A model generated the notes under the pieces. That model worked only from the letters and a program-made list of their open reading frames with translations, was not told where the DNA came from and searched no databases. Of a stretch of 58,522 nucleotides of DNA, positions 1 through 13,001 are shown in pieces. The stretch comes from Octopus bimaculoides (Eukaryota), in NCBI RefSeq assembly GCF_001194135.2, contig NC_068991.1, positions 11,814,496 to 11,873,017 on the forward strand. Direction: 5' to 3'. The translations under genes and the position numbers were made by a program. Every line of letters starts with the position of its first letter. The stretch's first letter is position 1.

Positions 1-180
1 CTATGCTTTTGTGTTTGAAACAAACCAGAAAATTTGCCCGCCAATGCACCACATGCAGAAAATGAAAATGTTTCACAAAAGTATGTTGTATAAAGTTTAG
101 AGGTATCGGTGGGAATACCCTCTGTCTGGTATTGTTTGATCATAGACATTTACGCGGTTAATTATGCAAACAATTCGTCA

Positions 181-265
181 TTTCGTTCGACTAAAAATTC
201 TTCAAGGCTGTGCCCCAGCATGGCCGCAGTCTAATGACTGAAAAGAGTAAAATATAAAAGATAAA
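181..265 (+). mobile_element. 3' fragment of a family C-type SINE
   Basis: TTCGACTAAAAATTCTTCAAGGCTGTGCCCCAGCATGGCCGCAGTCTAATGACTGAAAAGAGTAAAA matches the tail of full family C copies (e.g. 54650-54715). Confidence 0.8.
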
Positions 266-409
266 AAAATACGAACATGTCTGTGCGTGGTGGGGTACGT
301 GCGTATATGTATATTCGTGTGTGAGCGTAAGTTCGCCCAGAATAACTTTCATTGTGAGCATAGACATTTCTAATGAGTTTACTCAGAAGGATTTATCCTT
401 TCCTCTGTA

Positions 410-577
410 GGCACAAGGCCTGAAATTCATGGAGAGGGGCAAATTGATTACATAAAGCCTAGGAGAATGAAAGACAAAATCGACGTTGGCGGAATTTGAA
501 CTCGGAACATAAAGACGGACGAAATGCTGCTAAGAAATATGGCAGACTTGCTAACGATCATGCCCGCTCGCTGCTTT
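410..577 (-). mobile_element. Family A SINE (tRNA head, Nin/Deu-like domain), internally deleted
   Basis: Reverse complement of GGCACAAGGCC tail and GGCGGAATTTGAACTC (B-box GAGTTCAAATTCCGCC), as in 9828-10258 and 48571-48781. Confidence 0.75.
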
Positions 578-2487
578 CAGTTCTGAAGTAATATCACAGT
601 TTATTGTATGTGGCCTAATATTTTGTAGTGACTTTGATAGGTTTAGTAATCTCTGGCGCAAAATTATTGCAATTTCTAGTCATTTCATGTAACCAAGATT
701 GCTTAGTATAAATGAGATTAATGTGAACAGAACATATTGGATCACGCATGGAAAATAAACGAAAGTGATGGTGGAAACTGTTAAACCTTTCAAGGAAAGC
801 AAGAGAATGAGAGAAAGAGTGTGGACTAGGATGTAAAGTGAAGTAATAAATGATTATGTAATAGATGAAGAAGAAATAATTAAATAAAAAGAACACCATT
901 TATTGAAAGAATAAAGGAATACTGGGAATTAAAATACGAATCAGTGAATGATATGAGAGAAGGAAAAAAACGAGGGTTTGTGAGGGAGAAGGAGAAATAA
1001 TGGGGAAAGAAGAGAGAGAGAGAGGAGGGGAGGGGGAGAGAGAAATAGATCATGATCAAAACAGAAATCAAGTATTCTATGGAATGTTAAAAAACATAAC
1101 AGAAAGGAAAAGAAGAGAATGAAATGGTAACTAAATGCAAATGGCTGCCAAATGCTACAAATGTAACATTAAGCTATCTCAAATTGTGGTAGCACATTTT
1201 ATAAAGTTATTAATTAGCAAGACGCCATTAATTTTAATTAGCAAAAACGAGGAGGTTTAAAGCGTCTATGACGATAGTTATAGTTATAAGGGTTGGTGGT
1301 ATGTGCACTGGTGGGTGGGCCCTCGCATTCTATAGACAGATTTAATCCCAGATTAAGATGTGTCTTCTTTCGATTCGGACACATATGCAATGGGTTCGCC
1401 GGCGTCAAAGAAGGGCTTTCAAGACTTAATTGCTGGTTGCATGGGAACTTCATTCTAACAAACGGCAGAATTAAAGAGAAGGGAGAAGAAAAACAAAGAA
1501 AAACTACAAATAGGGATGGAATGTAATTAGGGTTACTCTATTAGGTGGGGTAGATGTGTGGACGCGAGGATGAACTGGGGAAGATACTGGAAATGGACGT
1601 AAAGGAGAATGGATTACAGAGAGATGTTATGGAGGAGAGACAGACTGAGGGGTAAAGATTGTTAAGGCATAAGCAGGGAAAAGGGTCAATGTTATATAAA
1701 GGGGAGAATTGAATAGGGAGTTAAAAAATAATGAAGTGAATGAGGAAGAGCTGGGTTGTGGGTAGAGATGGAATAATATAGACAGAGGGTGGGAAACAGA
1801 GGGGGAAAGATAGAAAAACAGAGAGACTAAATGTAAACGAGAGGAAGATGAAAACAGATAAAAGGAAGCAGAAATGAAAGGACCACAGGGAGAGGTTAAG
1901 GAGTCAGAGAATGAGAAAAAGGAGGGCGAGAGAAGACATTTAAAGAACCATAAACAAAATGAAAATGTGGAATTTGCAGGAGGGGGATTTCAAAAAAGCG
2001 AAAGCAAAGAAATGTATGAGAAAACGAGGGAGAGAAATAGTTAAGGATTGAAAGATTGTTAGAGAAAGACAAGGAGAGAAAAAGAGGGGGAAAAGCGAGA
2101 GGACGGGGAAAAGAGAGGAAGAGACAAAGAAAAGAAGCGACGTAGAGAACGAGAAATATGAAGAACATTTGATGAATTCTTGTTTCATGACGATTAACGA
2201 GGAGAGGAGATTGCCTGAAGGTCGCGATGGGATGCGGTGAAACGCGAGTTGAGCAATAAACATTATTTCATATATATATATATATATATATATCAAAGAT
2301 AATCTGGAACTCAAGTTAGGAAAGAAAACTTCGAATGACCTGTCCGTGTTTTTTCTTGTCCCTCTTTTGTATCATCTGTCTGGNNNNNNNNNNNNNNNNN
2401 NNNNNNNNNNNNNNNNNNNNNNNNNNNNNNNNNNNNNNNNNNNNNNNNNNNTATATACTCACACACTTTATATACTTTTCTACTCTA

Positions 2488-2619
2488 AGCACAAGGCCCG
2501 AAAGTTTTTCGGGGCGGGGACAGTCGATTAGATCAACCCCAGTACGCAGGTGGCACTTAATAATACATCGACTTCCAAAGAATGAAAGGCAAAGTCAACC
2601 TTGGCGGAATTTGAACTCA
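2488..2619 (-). mobile_element. Family A SINE, 5'-truncated
   Basis: GCACAAGGCCCGAAA...AGTCGATTAGATCAACCCCAGTAC...GAATGAAAGGCAAAGTCAACCTTGGCGGAATTTGAACTCA. Confidence 0.85.
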
Positions 2620-3318
2620 TCCGCATCTCCACACATACTGCAATGTTTTTTTGTGAGCACGTGGTTTGTACCATTTTTCACGGGTAGGAAGGAAGCAGAA
2701 TATTTGACCGCAGTATCTTATAACTATTTTTGTTTATAGAAATCACACAGGTTGTAAATTTAACATTTGTTATTGGCCTCTTCTAAATTCATGGAAATAT
2801 TGCTTATTATAATTTAAAGCCTTGTTATTAAAATAATGACACTTCCTTTATAGCTCGTGCGTTGGTGGTGGTGGTGGGAGGCTAATAATCGGGATTGGGG
2901 ATGGAATGATGGTCGGAATATGGTAAGTTCAGAACTTGATGTTCGTTTATTCGTTATCGCATTAAAGACTGCTGTTTTGACTGCGCAGACTTAATCATGA
3001 ATGGAATATATATGAACTGTATATTATATATTATGACATTTATTTCATTTAGCTATTATACATTTTATTACATTAATTAAGAAAATAATTATTCAATGAA
3101 TAATTAAATAATTAAAGTAAATTAAGAATATATGAAGTACGCCATAATAATAATTTAATAAACTTGTATAACTTTAATTTATGAATATATAAATATATAC
3201 ATAAATATATATGCATCACTCTCTCTCACTCCTCCTCCTTGACCCTCTCGTCGCTGACACGTGACGAAAGGGGTTCTTTCTTTCTACTTCCTGCCTTCCT
3301 ATAGAGAGGACGTGAATT

Positions 3319-3383
3319 TTGTGCCTGGGAGGGCAACTTTCTAGGTGCAAACCCATGGTCAGTCATGACCGAGGGGGGTCTCA
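3319..3383 (+). mobile_element. Family B SINE 3' fragment
   Basis: TTGTGCCTGGGAGGGCAACTTTCTAGGTGCAAACCCATGGTCAGTCATGACCGAGGGGG matches tails at about 18170-18230 and 43205-43265. Confidence 0.75.
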
Positions 3384-3951
3384 GATTTCCATATGTAACA
3401 ATCATATCTAGTTACACATATATAAACTATTTAACATATTTATTTTACCATTTATGCATTGTTATCCGTACTTAGGTGTTTGTTTCCGACTTAGTATCCA
3501 CTCATATCTACATGTGACTACATTGTAACGTTGTGTCTACACCGAGGCAGCCATTTTGATCTACTAGTCTTACTACACTAATTTTAAACACAATAATATA
3601 CATGCTAATAGAGTATTCCTACAGGACACGCCATTTTAACCTGTTAGTACTTCTATACAAGTTCTTTCTAACAATTGTATTTGCTCAACACAATCCTATT
3701 AAGTGTAAGTTTATTTATTTTTTTATTTTTTTATTCGTTCACCAATCTTCACTTTCCAAACTTGACATTGATCTAATAATTACCTCCCAATGGACACAAT
3801 TTTCGTTTAAGAGCACAAATTGATAATCCGATTAAACCCATAATCCGTATAGACATACACTCTTCTCTCCAAACTGCAATCATCTGAAACATCAGAAGCG
3901 TTTATTCTGAAACTTTCAATACAAACAACTGTAACGCTTTGTGTACCCTTT

Positions 3952-3955
<4 letters not shown>

Positions 3956-4025
<70 letters not shown>

Positions 4026-4031
4026 ATCTAC

Positions 4032-4099
<68 letters not shown>

Positions 4100-4100
4100 T
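3956..4100. repeat. (TATC)n tetranucleotide microsatellite
   Basis: Direct reading. Confidence 0.95.
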
Positions 4101-5029
4101 TATACTTACATATAAAGTGAGTTAAATATATGTATAGATTTTACAATCGTGGTCTGTATGTAATGTGTTTACATGCACAAATATTTGACTTCCTTGCATG
4201 TATAAAGCGTGCATACATGAATATTTAGATACATATGAATATTTCTAAGAATGTACCTGTGTATACATGTATATACTGACTTACATACGCACGCCCCCAC
4301 ACACAAGCATTCACATATATCTATATCTTTGACGGTATATACTTGTGTATATATGTTTGTGCGTTTGTGTATGTGCGTGTATGACTGTATGAATTGCTGA
4401 ACGCTTGTGTTTACAAAGAAATAAAATAATTACTGAATACAGGAAGTAGATTTTGTGTATTTTATTAAGTACTCTTCACGAATACATAGATAGACAGACA
4501 CATAGATAGATGGATAGATAGATAGATAGATAGATATATAGATAGATAGATAGATAGATTAAACAACTGATCACATATTTAGAATATATAACGACATTCA
4601 GGTATTTATCGATAATTGCAACTGCATTAGCTGTCGCCCAATGGTCACAGTATTTGTTGTTCTGCCCTTTACAAAGATAATACTGAATGTATGAAAACAC
4701 CATGTTTTTTTGTTAATTTTGTGAATCAATGAATATTGCGCATGTACTGTCTCTGGGAGATAAATGGACAATACGTGAAGTGCAATCAAATGGATTTAGT
4801 CTTTTTTCTTTTACAATAAATCAAATATTGATGACTAATTGTGTTTTGATACGTTTACGAATAATTTTGCTTACATATTGTCACATCTGTTTCCTTTGCT
4901 CTTCTTCAAGTGTTTGAATAAACGGTAGCGTGAAACTTACAGTTACTCCTCAAAACGTTTTAGCTTTTGCTAATAAGGCATGTACGTGTATATAAGTATA
5001 TAAATAGAAAGACTGACTAAAGCTCTGGG

Positions 5030-5160
5030 ACTTTATTTCATAAACCCCTGAAATGACGATAGGCAAAGTTGATCATCAAGGGGATTTCAACTCGAATGAC
5101 AGATAGCAGGAACCACTACCAAAATCAACGCTATGACTATCGCCAAAACAGTGGCCTTTT
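5030..5160 (-). mobile_element. Highly degenerate family A SINE remnant
   Basis: AGGCAAAGTTGATCATCAAGGGGATTTCAACTC resembles AGGCAAAGTCGACCTCGGCGGAATTTGAACTC. Confidence 0.4.
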
Positions 5161-5542
5161 TAATTGCTAGAAATCTTTACGTTTAATGAGAGTAAATCTC
5201 TATTTCAAACGCATAAAATCAGTTTAAAGATTTATTTCGATTATCGCTCGTATAAATTAAGCACAGCAATTGCACAACGAAACAACTCTATTATACGTGT
5301 TTCTGTGTGTCTGTGTTCAATAGAGACAATATGGCTGTGGATGCCGATGTTTGCAAATCATTCTGGTTAAATCAATAACGTGTTCACCAGACTAACGACA
5401 TGTATAGTGTGTGAGGCGTGTCAATGGGTTTAATGCTGTATTTTCTTTTCTTTGCTTTTGTATTTTGTTTTTTTGTTTTTGTTTTGATCAGAAACTCATG
5501 TTTACAAAAGTACAATGTGTTATATTATTATTATTATTATTA

Positions 5543-5601
<59 letters not shown>

Positions 5602-5718
5602 TCTCTTTATCACAGGTCTTGTTTGAGCTCCTGGAGTCTTACATGCGTTAGCAGGCTTGCTACCTGCAGCCTACGGTACCATGCTATCCATTCTTTTTAG
5701 CTATCTAATACTTTCCTG

Positions 5719-5767
<49 letters not shown>

Positions 5768-7628
5768 GAAAATAATAGCCGTAACATATAATTTATTCAT
5801 ATTTATATTGTCATTATGGCCCATATCCGGATTTCTGGGTGAAACATCGATTCTTTTTTATGGTGAATATTATTAGAAAACAATAAACCAGAATAGAACG
5901 AAAATCGTTGGATACAACGTCGGCAAAAGTCAGTTAATAATCTAACGTAAATGTATAAATTTCTGCAGATAATATGATTATTATTTAATTCCTTCTCATT
6001 CTTGAATTTTAGGTTGTACCTGTTCAGTTATTACGCACGTAGGAAACAATGTACACACTAGGAAGTTAACGAAGTAATTAAAACGAATTTCAACGAAAAA
6101 TGAGTTACTTTACCTTAATAAATGTGTGTGTGTGTGTAGCCGTATATATAATTAGTTAGATAAAAACTAGATAGAAGCAAAAATGAAGAGCAGACAACAA
6201 AGACTTCCTTTCTTTTTATGAAAGCATCTATTCAGCCATTTCAGAAGTCTCTCAGGGTTGAATCCGTCTGTGTAATGATTGCAATGCAAAGGTTAGATTT
6301 CATTCTGCTTTTTGGTTTTTGCATAAATGTAAAGCACACTGTATTCAGATTGAATCTCACTTGCCAGTATTTGCTGTTTTGTCATGAACTTTACCTCTCT
6401 GTTACAAACACATTGATCTTGCAAGAAAAAGAACAAAACAAATTGGATTTATACTTAGTAAAATGATTACAGTGATATGTAAATGATTAGATGATTGTAT
6501 AATTGATTACCGAATGATTACGTAAACTGATGACGCAAGCTGTTTATTACATGATCGAGTGATTGCTTCATCTAGTGATGATTTAATCATTAGAAAACAG
6601 AATAAATATATTCTTCAATGGTTAATCCTATACTATTTGTTGGTTGTCTGATATCTTTTTTCTAAGCAACAATGTATCTTTCAGAATTCCTGGGAAACAA
6701 TAATACCAGGAAATTGATGCTTCTAAATGTATAAATGTTAAGTCACTTAAAGTTGATGATGAGAAATGTGAGCTCTCGGCTAAATTAGATATAGCCTATC
6801 AAATGTTTAACATAACGGAAAATGTTGATGGACCGTGAAAGTACCTCAAAGGAACCACATATTTTGATTCCTTTGAAATACTTTGATTGCTCCATCAACA
6901 AGCATTAGGAATGGTTCGACGAGAACAGCCTTGAAGTTAAGTCTTTCGGGGATAGTATGTATACTGCACACAAGAGTTTACTATTAGAGTAAAGATGCCA
7001 AGCAAAAGAGACTTATCACGGAATTAAATGATCAGTACGGAAGTCTTTAACAAACATGAAAGAAATATGATAGGCCTAGAAAACGGCTGAGATTTAATCT
7101 GAAGTAGTTAGAAACGCTATCAAGGCATTGTATGACGGTATAAAACAGGTTCATGAATAACAAACTTGTGGTTAATCCCGCGTCGTGGCTCCAGATACTG
7201 ACCGAAAACAGAATGAGATTTAACAAGGATGGAAGGAGTAGATCGAACATGTTTTGCATGATTTGTCGAAAAGATACGATGATATTTTTCCATGAGTGCT
7301 AGAAAGGACAAAAATAGGACAACTTGCATATAAAGTGGTACTGAATGAAAAGTATGATGCAACAAAAACGAAATTTGATGTCTGAGGAATCTTCTGGATA
7401 AAATATTCATAAATACGCCACAAAAATTGAAAGTTTTCTTTGGTAATGTTGCTAGTAGCGTAACTAGTGGTTGGCGCTTTTGTAGGGTGACACTAAAATG
7501 TGGGCTTGGAGGCCCAGAGATCGGCGGCAAACTCAGGTCTTACTTCGGGCGGCTCACACTGGCAATACATTAATTTACAAATAAAAAAGAAAAAAAAAAG
7601 AATATCGAGCCAAAACATGTTTGAGTTG

Positions 7629-7872
7629 AGGCGCTTGGTTTAGTAGTTAGGGCGTTAGACTCATGATCGTAAGATTGTGGTTTCGATTCCTGGACCGGGC
7701 AACGCGTTGTTTTGTTGAAAAAATCACTTCATTTCACGTTGCTCCAGTGCACTCAGCTGGCAAAACTGAGTAATCCTGCGACTGACCGGCGTCCTGTTCA
7801 GGTGGGGATTATATACGCCATGAAACCGGGAAAGCGGTCCTATGGGTCCGCATGACTTGAAAATGTAACTTA
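7629..7872 (+). mobile_element. tRNA-headed SINE related to family B (different 3' half)
   Basis: A-box-like TGGTTTAGTAGTTAG, B-box GTTTCGATTCC, then CACTTCATTTCACGTTGCTCCAGTGCACTCAGCTG shared with 17904 and 42935 copies; 3' part CCTGCGACTGACCGGCGTCCTGTTCAGG is V-domain-like from memory. Confidence 0.75.
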
Positions 7873-8102
7873 ATCTGTTTGTTTGATGTCAAATGCAGGC
7901 ACAAGTATGATGTGACAGAGGTCGTTTGTATCTGATGATTACCTAAGAGCTGCAGAAGAAGTTTATAAAAAGCAACTACAAATGAAGAAATAAATAAGAT
8001 GCGGTAAAAAGAGGGAAGAAAACAAACAAGGTTCTGCCGTGAAAAACAAGGCTTTATTTGGTAGGGAATTATTTGCCACTGACCGGACATTGATGGTCAC
8101 TT

Positions 8103-8508
8103 ATACTCTTTACTCTTTTACTCCTTTACTTGTTTCAGTCATTTGACTGCGGTCATGCTAGAACACCGCCTTTAGTGGAGCAAATCGACCCTGAAGACTT
8201 ATTCTTTGTAAGCCTAGTACTTATTCTTTCGATCTCTTTTGCTGAACTGCTAAGTTACGGGGACGTAAACACACCAGCATCGGTTGTCAAGCGAAGTTGG
8301 GGGGTACAAACATATACACACACATACATATATATGCATATATACGACGAGCTTCTTTCAGTTTCCGTCTACCAAATCCACTCACAAGGCTTTGGTCAGC
8401 CCGAGGCTATAGTAGAAGACACTTGCTCAAGGTGCCATGCAGTGGGACTGAACCCAGAACCATGTGGTTGGTAAGCAAGCTACTTACCACACAGCAACTC
8501 CTGCGCCT
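8103..8508 (-). mobile_element. Full-length family C SINE
   Basis: Head GGCGCAGGAGTTGCTGTGTGGTAAG, B-box-like GGTTCAGTCCC, CORE-like ACCTTGAGCAAGTGTCTT, internal TA/TG microsatellite, tail CAGTCAAATGACTGAAAC followed by (GTAAAAGA)-like repeats. Confidence 0.9.
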
Positions 8509-8959
8509 ATACTACTTAGTAATGATTATTCTTTCTACCAGGTCCGAAATTTTGGAGAGGGATCCATTCGTACCAATTTCATCGAAAATTACCATTTTCA
8601 AATCTCACAACGTGAGATTTTCAGCGACAGTACTTTGTAATTTAGTCCCCGGTGACATCGTCTCCTGGGGCTAAATTATAGCAATATTAGTCCTAAACCA
8701 GGACTGCCATGTTATGTTGGCAAACAATCTTTACTACTTTCAACGAGTCACAAAGAATGAAAAGCAAAGGTGGCATCGGCGAGATATGAATTCACAACGT
8801 AAAGAGTCTGAAGAAATTACACGCATACATATACACAATCACCCACTTACATACACATACATACACACAGACACTCTCTCTCTCTCTTTCTGTCTCTCTA
8901 TCACGCACACGCATATGTTAATTGTCGTGAAGAAAGAGAAAGGAAGAAAAGAAGAGAAA

Positions 8960-9249
8960 TAGAAGGGGGAAGAGGAGGAGAAAGAAGAAGAAGAAGAAGA
9001 AGAAGAAGAAGAAGAGGAGGAGAAGAAAAAGAAGGGGGAATAGGAGGAGGAGGAGGAGGAGGTGGAGAAGGAGAAGAAGAAGAAGAAGAAGAAGAAGAAG
9101 AAGAAGAAGAAGAAGAAGAGAAGGAGCAGAAGAAGAAGAAGAAGAGGAGGAGGAGAAGAAAAAGAAGGGGGAAGAGGAGCAGAAGAAGAAGAAAAAAAAA
9201 GAAGAAGAAGAAGAAGAAGAAGAAAAAGAAGAAGAAGAACAACAACAAC

Positions 9250-9293
<44 letters not shown>
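8960..9293. repeat. Compound (GAA)n/(GGA)n/(AAC)n/(AAT)n microsatellite
   Basis: Direct reading; explains the poly-K/R/E and poly-F/S/L ORFs. Confidence 0.95.
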
Positions 9294-9295
<2 letters not shown>

Positions 9296-9822
9296 TTGAT
9301 ATTAATTTCTTGCCTTGATACAAACACAAGCGTTTTATGAAAGATTAATAGAGCCGATTAAGCATTCGTTGTGCGGTGCCAATATTAGCAATGCTAATAT
9401 CATTAATTATGATATTTATGATATAACATGGATCGTTCGGCAGTTTAAGACGTTAACTATGGGTTTAAGTAAGTAGAATAATGCACAAGCCATTTTAGTT
9501 ACGTCCCTTGCCCTGTAAATCTCACAGCCAATATCTGCACCCACTGCATATTGTCAGAGCTAAAATCATCAGCGATATTTCTTTTGTCGCTTTCTCTCTC
9601 TCTCTCCCTCTGGCTTCTTCGCTTTCTCTGGCTTCCTCTCTTTCTCTCTCTTCTTCACTCTCACTCCCCCTTTCTCCTTTTATCTCTGATTCTTCCTTCG
9701 CCCTCTTCTCAGTTACTGTTGCATTTCATTTGCTTCCTGGTGCAGTGTAACTTCTGTGTACGTGTGTTCGTGACTGTGTGCAGAAAATATACTTGCGAAT
9801 GCTGCAATATTTATCGTACGTT

Positions 9823-10258
9823 ACAAAGGCGGCGAGCTGGCAGAAACGTTAGCATGCCGGGCGAAACGCTCAGCGGTATTTCGTCTCTAAGTTCTGAGTT
9901 CAAATTCCGCCGAGGTCGATTTTGCCTTTCATTCTTTCGGGGTTCGATAAATTAAGTACCAGTTACGCACTGGGGTCGATGTAATCGAGTTAATCCCTTT
10001 GTCTGTCCTTGTCTATCCACTCTATGTTTATCCCCTTGTGGGCAATAAAGAAATAAGAAACGTTAGCACGCCAGGCGAAATGTTTTAGCGGTATTTCATC
10101 TACCGCTACGTTCTGAGTTCAAATTCCGCCGAGGTCGACTTTGCCTTTCATCCTTTCGGGGGTCGATAAATTAAGTACCAGTCATGCACTGGCGTCGTTC
10201 TAATCGACTGGCCCCACACTCCCCAAAAATTTCGGGCCTTGTGCCTAGAATAAAAAAG
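9823..10258 (+). mobile_element. Head-to-tail dimer of two family A SINE subtypes under one 17-bp TSD
   Basis: Unit 1 9828-10055, unit 2 10056-10258 (starts at AGAAACGTTAGC); AATATTTATCGTACGTT at 9806-9822 and 10259-10275. Confidence 0.9.
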
Positions 10259-10291
10259 AATATTTATCGTACGTTTTCTCTCCCTCTCTCT

Positions 10292-11056
10292 CCTTCCCTC
10301 TCACATTCTTTCTTTTTCGTGCTTCAGTCACTGTCTATTTCTCTTCTTTCTGAATTCCTTGATCTATCTTTTATACATGGTCTTGCTCTAGNNNNNNNNN
10401 NNNNNNNNNNNNNNNNNNNNNNNNNNNNNNNNNNNNNNNNNNNNNNNNNNNNNNNNNNNNNNNNNNNNNNNNNNNNNNNNNNNNNNNNNNNNNNNNNNNN
10501 NNNNNNNNNNNNNNNNNNNNNNNNNNNNNNNNNNNNNNNNNNNNNNNNNNNNNNNNNNNNNNNNNNNNNNNNNNNNNNNNNNNNNNNNNNNNNNNNNNNN
10601 NNNNNNNNNNNNNNNNNNNNNNNNNNNNNNNNNNNNNNNNNNNNNNNNNNNNNNNNNNNNNNNNNNNNNNNNNNNNNNNNNNNNNNNNNNNNNNNNNNNN
10701 NNNNNNNNNNNNNNNNNNNNNNNNNNNNNNNNNNNNNNNNNNNNNNNNNNNNNNNNNNNNNNNNNNNNNNNNNNNNNNNNNNNNNNNNNNNNNNNNNNNN
10801 NNNNNNNNNNNNNNNNNNNNNNNNNNNNNNNNNNNNNNNNNNNNNNNNNNNATAATCTAGTATCCTGCAGCATTATAATAATATCCTATTATGCCTCTGG
10901 TCAATGCTGGTCACTTAAGCGCTTCGCTCCACTAAACATGTGGGTTGTTTTTCAGTAAGCGAGTAACGCTTTCACCCCGTTCATTCCTTTCAACATCCTA
11001 CAGCCTACTTTACCAAATATGAACTGCTAATCAATCTAAACTTCCTTTGAAGAACC

Positions 11057-11108
<52 letters not shown>

Positions 11109-11217
11109 TCCCTCTCACCTTCCCTCTCACATTCTTTCTTTTTCGTGCTTCAGTCACTGTCTATTTCTCTTCTTTCTGAATTCCTTGATCTATCTTTTAT
11201 ACATGGTCTTGCTCTAG
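10292..11217 (+). repeat. Exact 100-bp direct repeat (10292-10391 and 11118-11217) straddling an assembly gap
   Basis: CCTTCCCTCTCACATTC...CTTGCTCTAG identical in both; first copy ends exactly at the N run. Confidence 0.85.
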
Positions 11218-11971
11218 TGGCTATTATTAATAAATCCGTCGAAGTGTGTACCACCAATAGAAATGGCCAATAGAATTATTAGAGTTATTATTGTCTAGAT
11301 ATGGATTTTCCTTTCCTATTGTGTATCGACAGTCGTTTCAACGCCTCAACAGCGTGCTTTAGAAGGGCTTAAACCGTGTATATATATATTTATATATATA
11401 TATATATATNNNNNNNNNNNNNNNNNNNNNNNNNNNNNNNNNNNNNNNNNNNNNNNNNNNNNNNNNNNNNNNNNNNNNNNNNNNNNNNNNNNNNNNNNNN
11501 NNNNNNNNNNNNNNNNNNNNNNNNNNNNNNNNNNNNNNNNNNNNNNNNNNNNNNNNNNNNNNNNNNNNNNNNNNNNNNNNNNNNNNNNNNNNNNNNNNNN
11601 NNNNNNNNNNNNNNNNNNNNATATGTATATATAGGCATGTGTATATGCGTGCGCGTATATATGTAGGTATATATGTATGTAGGCATGTGTACATACATAT
11701 TTGGTATTTAGGCACAAATGTATTCTACAAGGTACACCATACTTAGTGAGAGTGAAAAAATTTTCATGACAAAAGGTCAACAAATTTTCATCAATCTATA
11801 AATTGTACGAAGTGGTGATACGAGTCTATGGAGTACAAGAATTGAAAAAGAGACCAATTGTTTGTGATACATGATATGCTGATGAATTCTTGTAGTAAAT
11901 GTTCCGCTAACATCGAATTTGTTTCGAGAACTATAACTCTCAAAAGTCTACGTAAAATGACAAAAGACTTA

Positions 11972-12077
11972 CCCTTATTCTATCGGTCACTTTGGTCGAA
12001 CAGCTAAGTTATGGGGGCGTGAACACACCAACGACGGTTGTCAAGTGGTGATGGGGGACAAACACAGNNNNNNNNNN

Positions 12078-12120
<43 letters not shown>
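11972..12120 (-). mobile_element. Family C SINE internal fragment
   Basis: CTTATTCTATCGGTC...GCTAAGTTATGGGGGCGTGAACACACC...CGGTTGTCAAG...GGGGGACAAACACAG matches 8220-8330. Confidence 0.75.
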
Positions 12121-12124
<4 letters not shown>

Positions 12125-12295
12125 GCCATAGTAGATCGCTAGCCACTACACATTCTTTTTTTCTCTCCTTGTTTCTTTTTGTGGAAGAGCGTAGGCTCGA
12201 AATGTTAAAGACTTTTTCACTTCCCGAGCCTTATACTAATACATCTGTTTATTGTCTACAGCACCTGTCTTCGTCTTTTTTTTTTGTGCATTCTC
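12125..12295 (+). mobile_element. Interspersed repeat fragment, possibly Penelope-like terminal repeat
   Basis: GGAAGAGCGTAGGCTCGAAATGTT resembles the CTGATGAAG-stem-CGAAACGT motif of Penelope-like ends; recognised from memory only. Confidence 0.35.
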
Positions 12296-13001
12296 CCTAT
12301 ACACACACACACACATATATACGTATATATATATATATTATAATACAATAAAAACTAAATAATAATATATATCAGAATAATAACAAAAATCTATATCATT
12401 AAACAGTTATTGTTGTATTTTTGATTCAATTGTTTAGATAATCTCGGTTTAATCGGAGCATGTATATGATTATTATGACGTTATATAGTTATTATTATAT
12501 AAAAGAAACACTTTCGTAGTCGCTATATCTCCGTAACTTATCAAGCCTCCGGGTTTGTTTACAAACATCATATGTAGTACTAGACAGTTAAGTATCTTTA
12601 CATAAAATTTTACTGAAATTTATGGGTGAACGTCTGGCTCATTCGGATGTGCAACGGGTCATGTTAATGTTGATATGTGGGTTCGTTTCTAGCGAAGTAG
12701 AGCTTGGTTGTGCATTTAACGTGATTATTTTTATCGCTGACGCAACACAGTTTTCGAGATATCCATTGATAAGACACTGGATGTTGAGCATGTGATTTTA
12801 ATATGTTGCATTTACATAAACACACATAAAAAAACACACACAAAGATGCACACACAAACACACGCACACACAGACACTCACACACACAGAAACACAAACA
12901 CGCTAACACACACACAGACACGTGCACGTGCACGTGCATATATTATATATGTATGAATTTCTTTAAATGTATATATGTATATATCCATGAATGCATATGT
13001 A

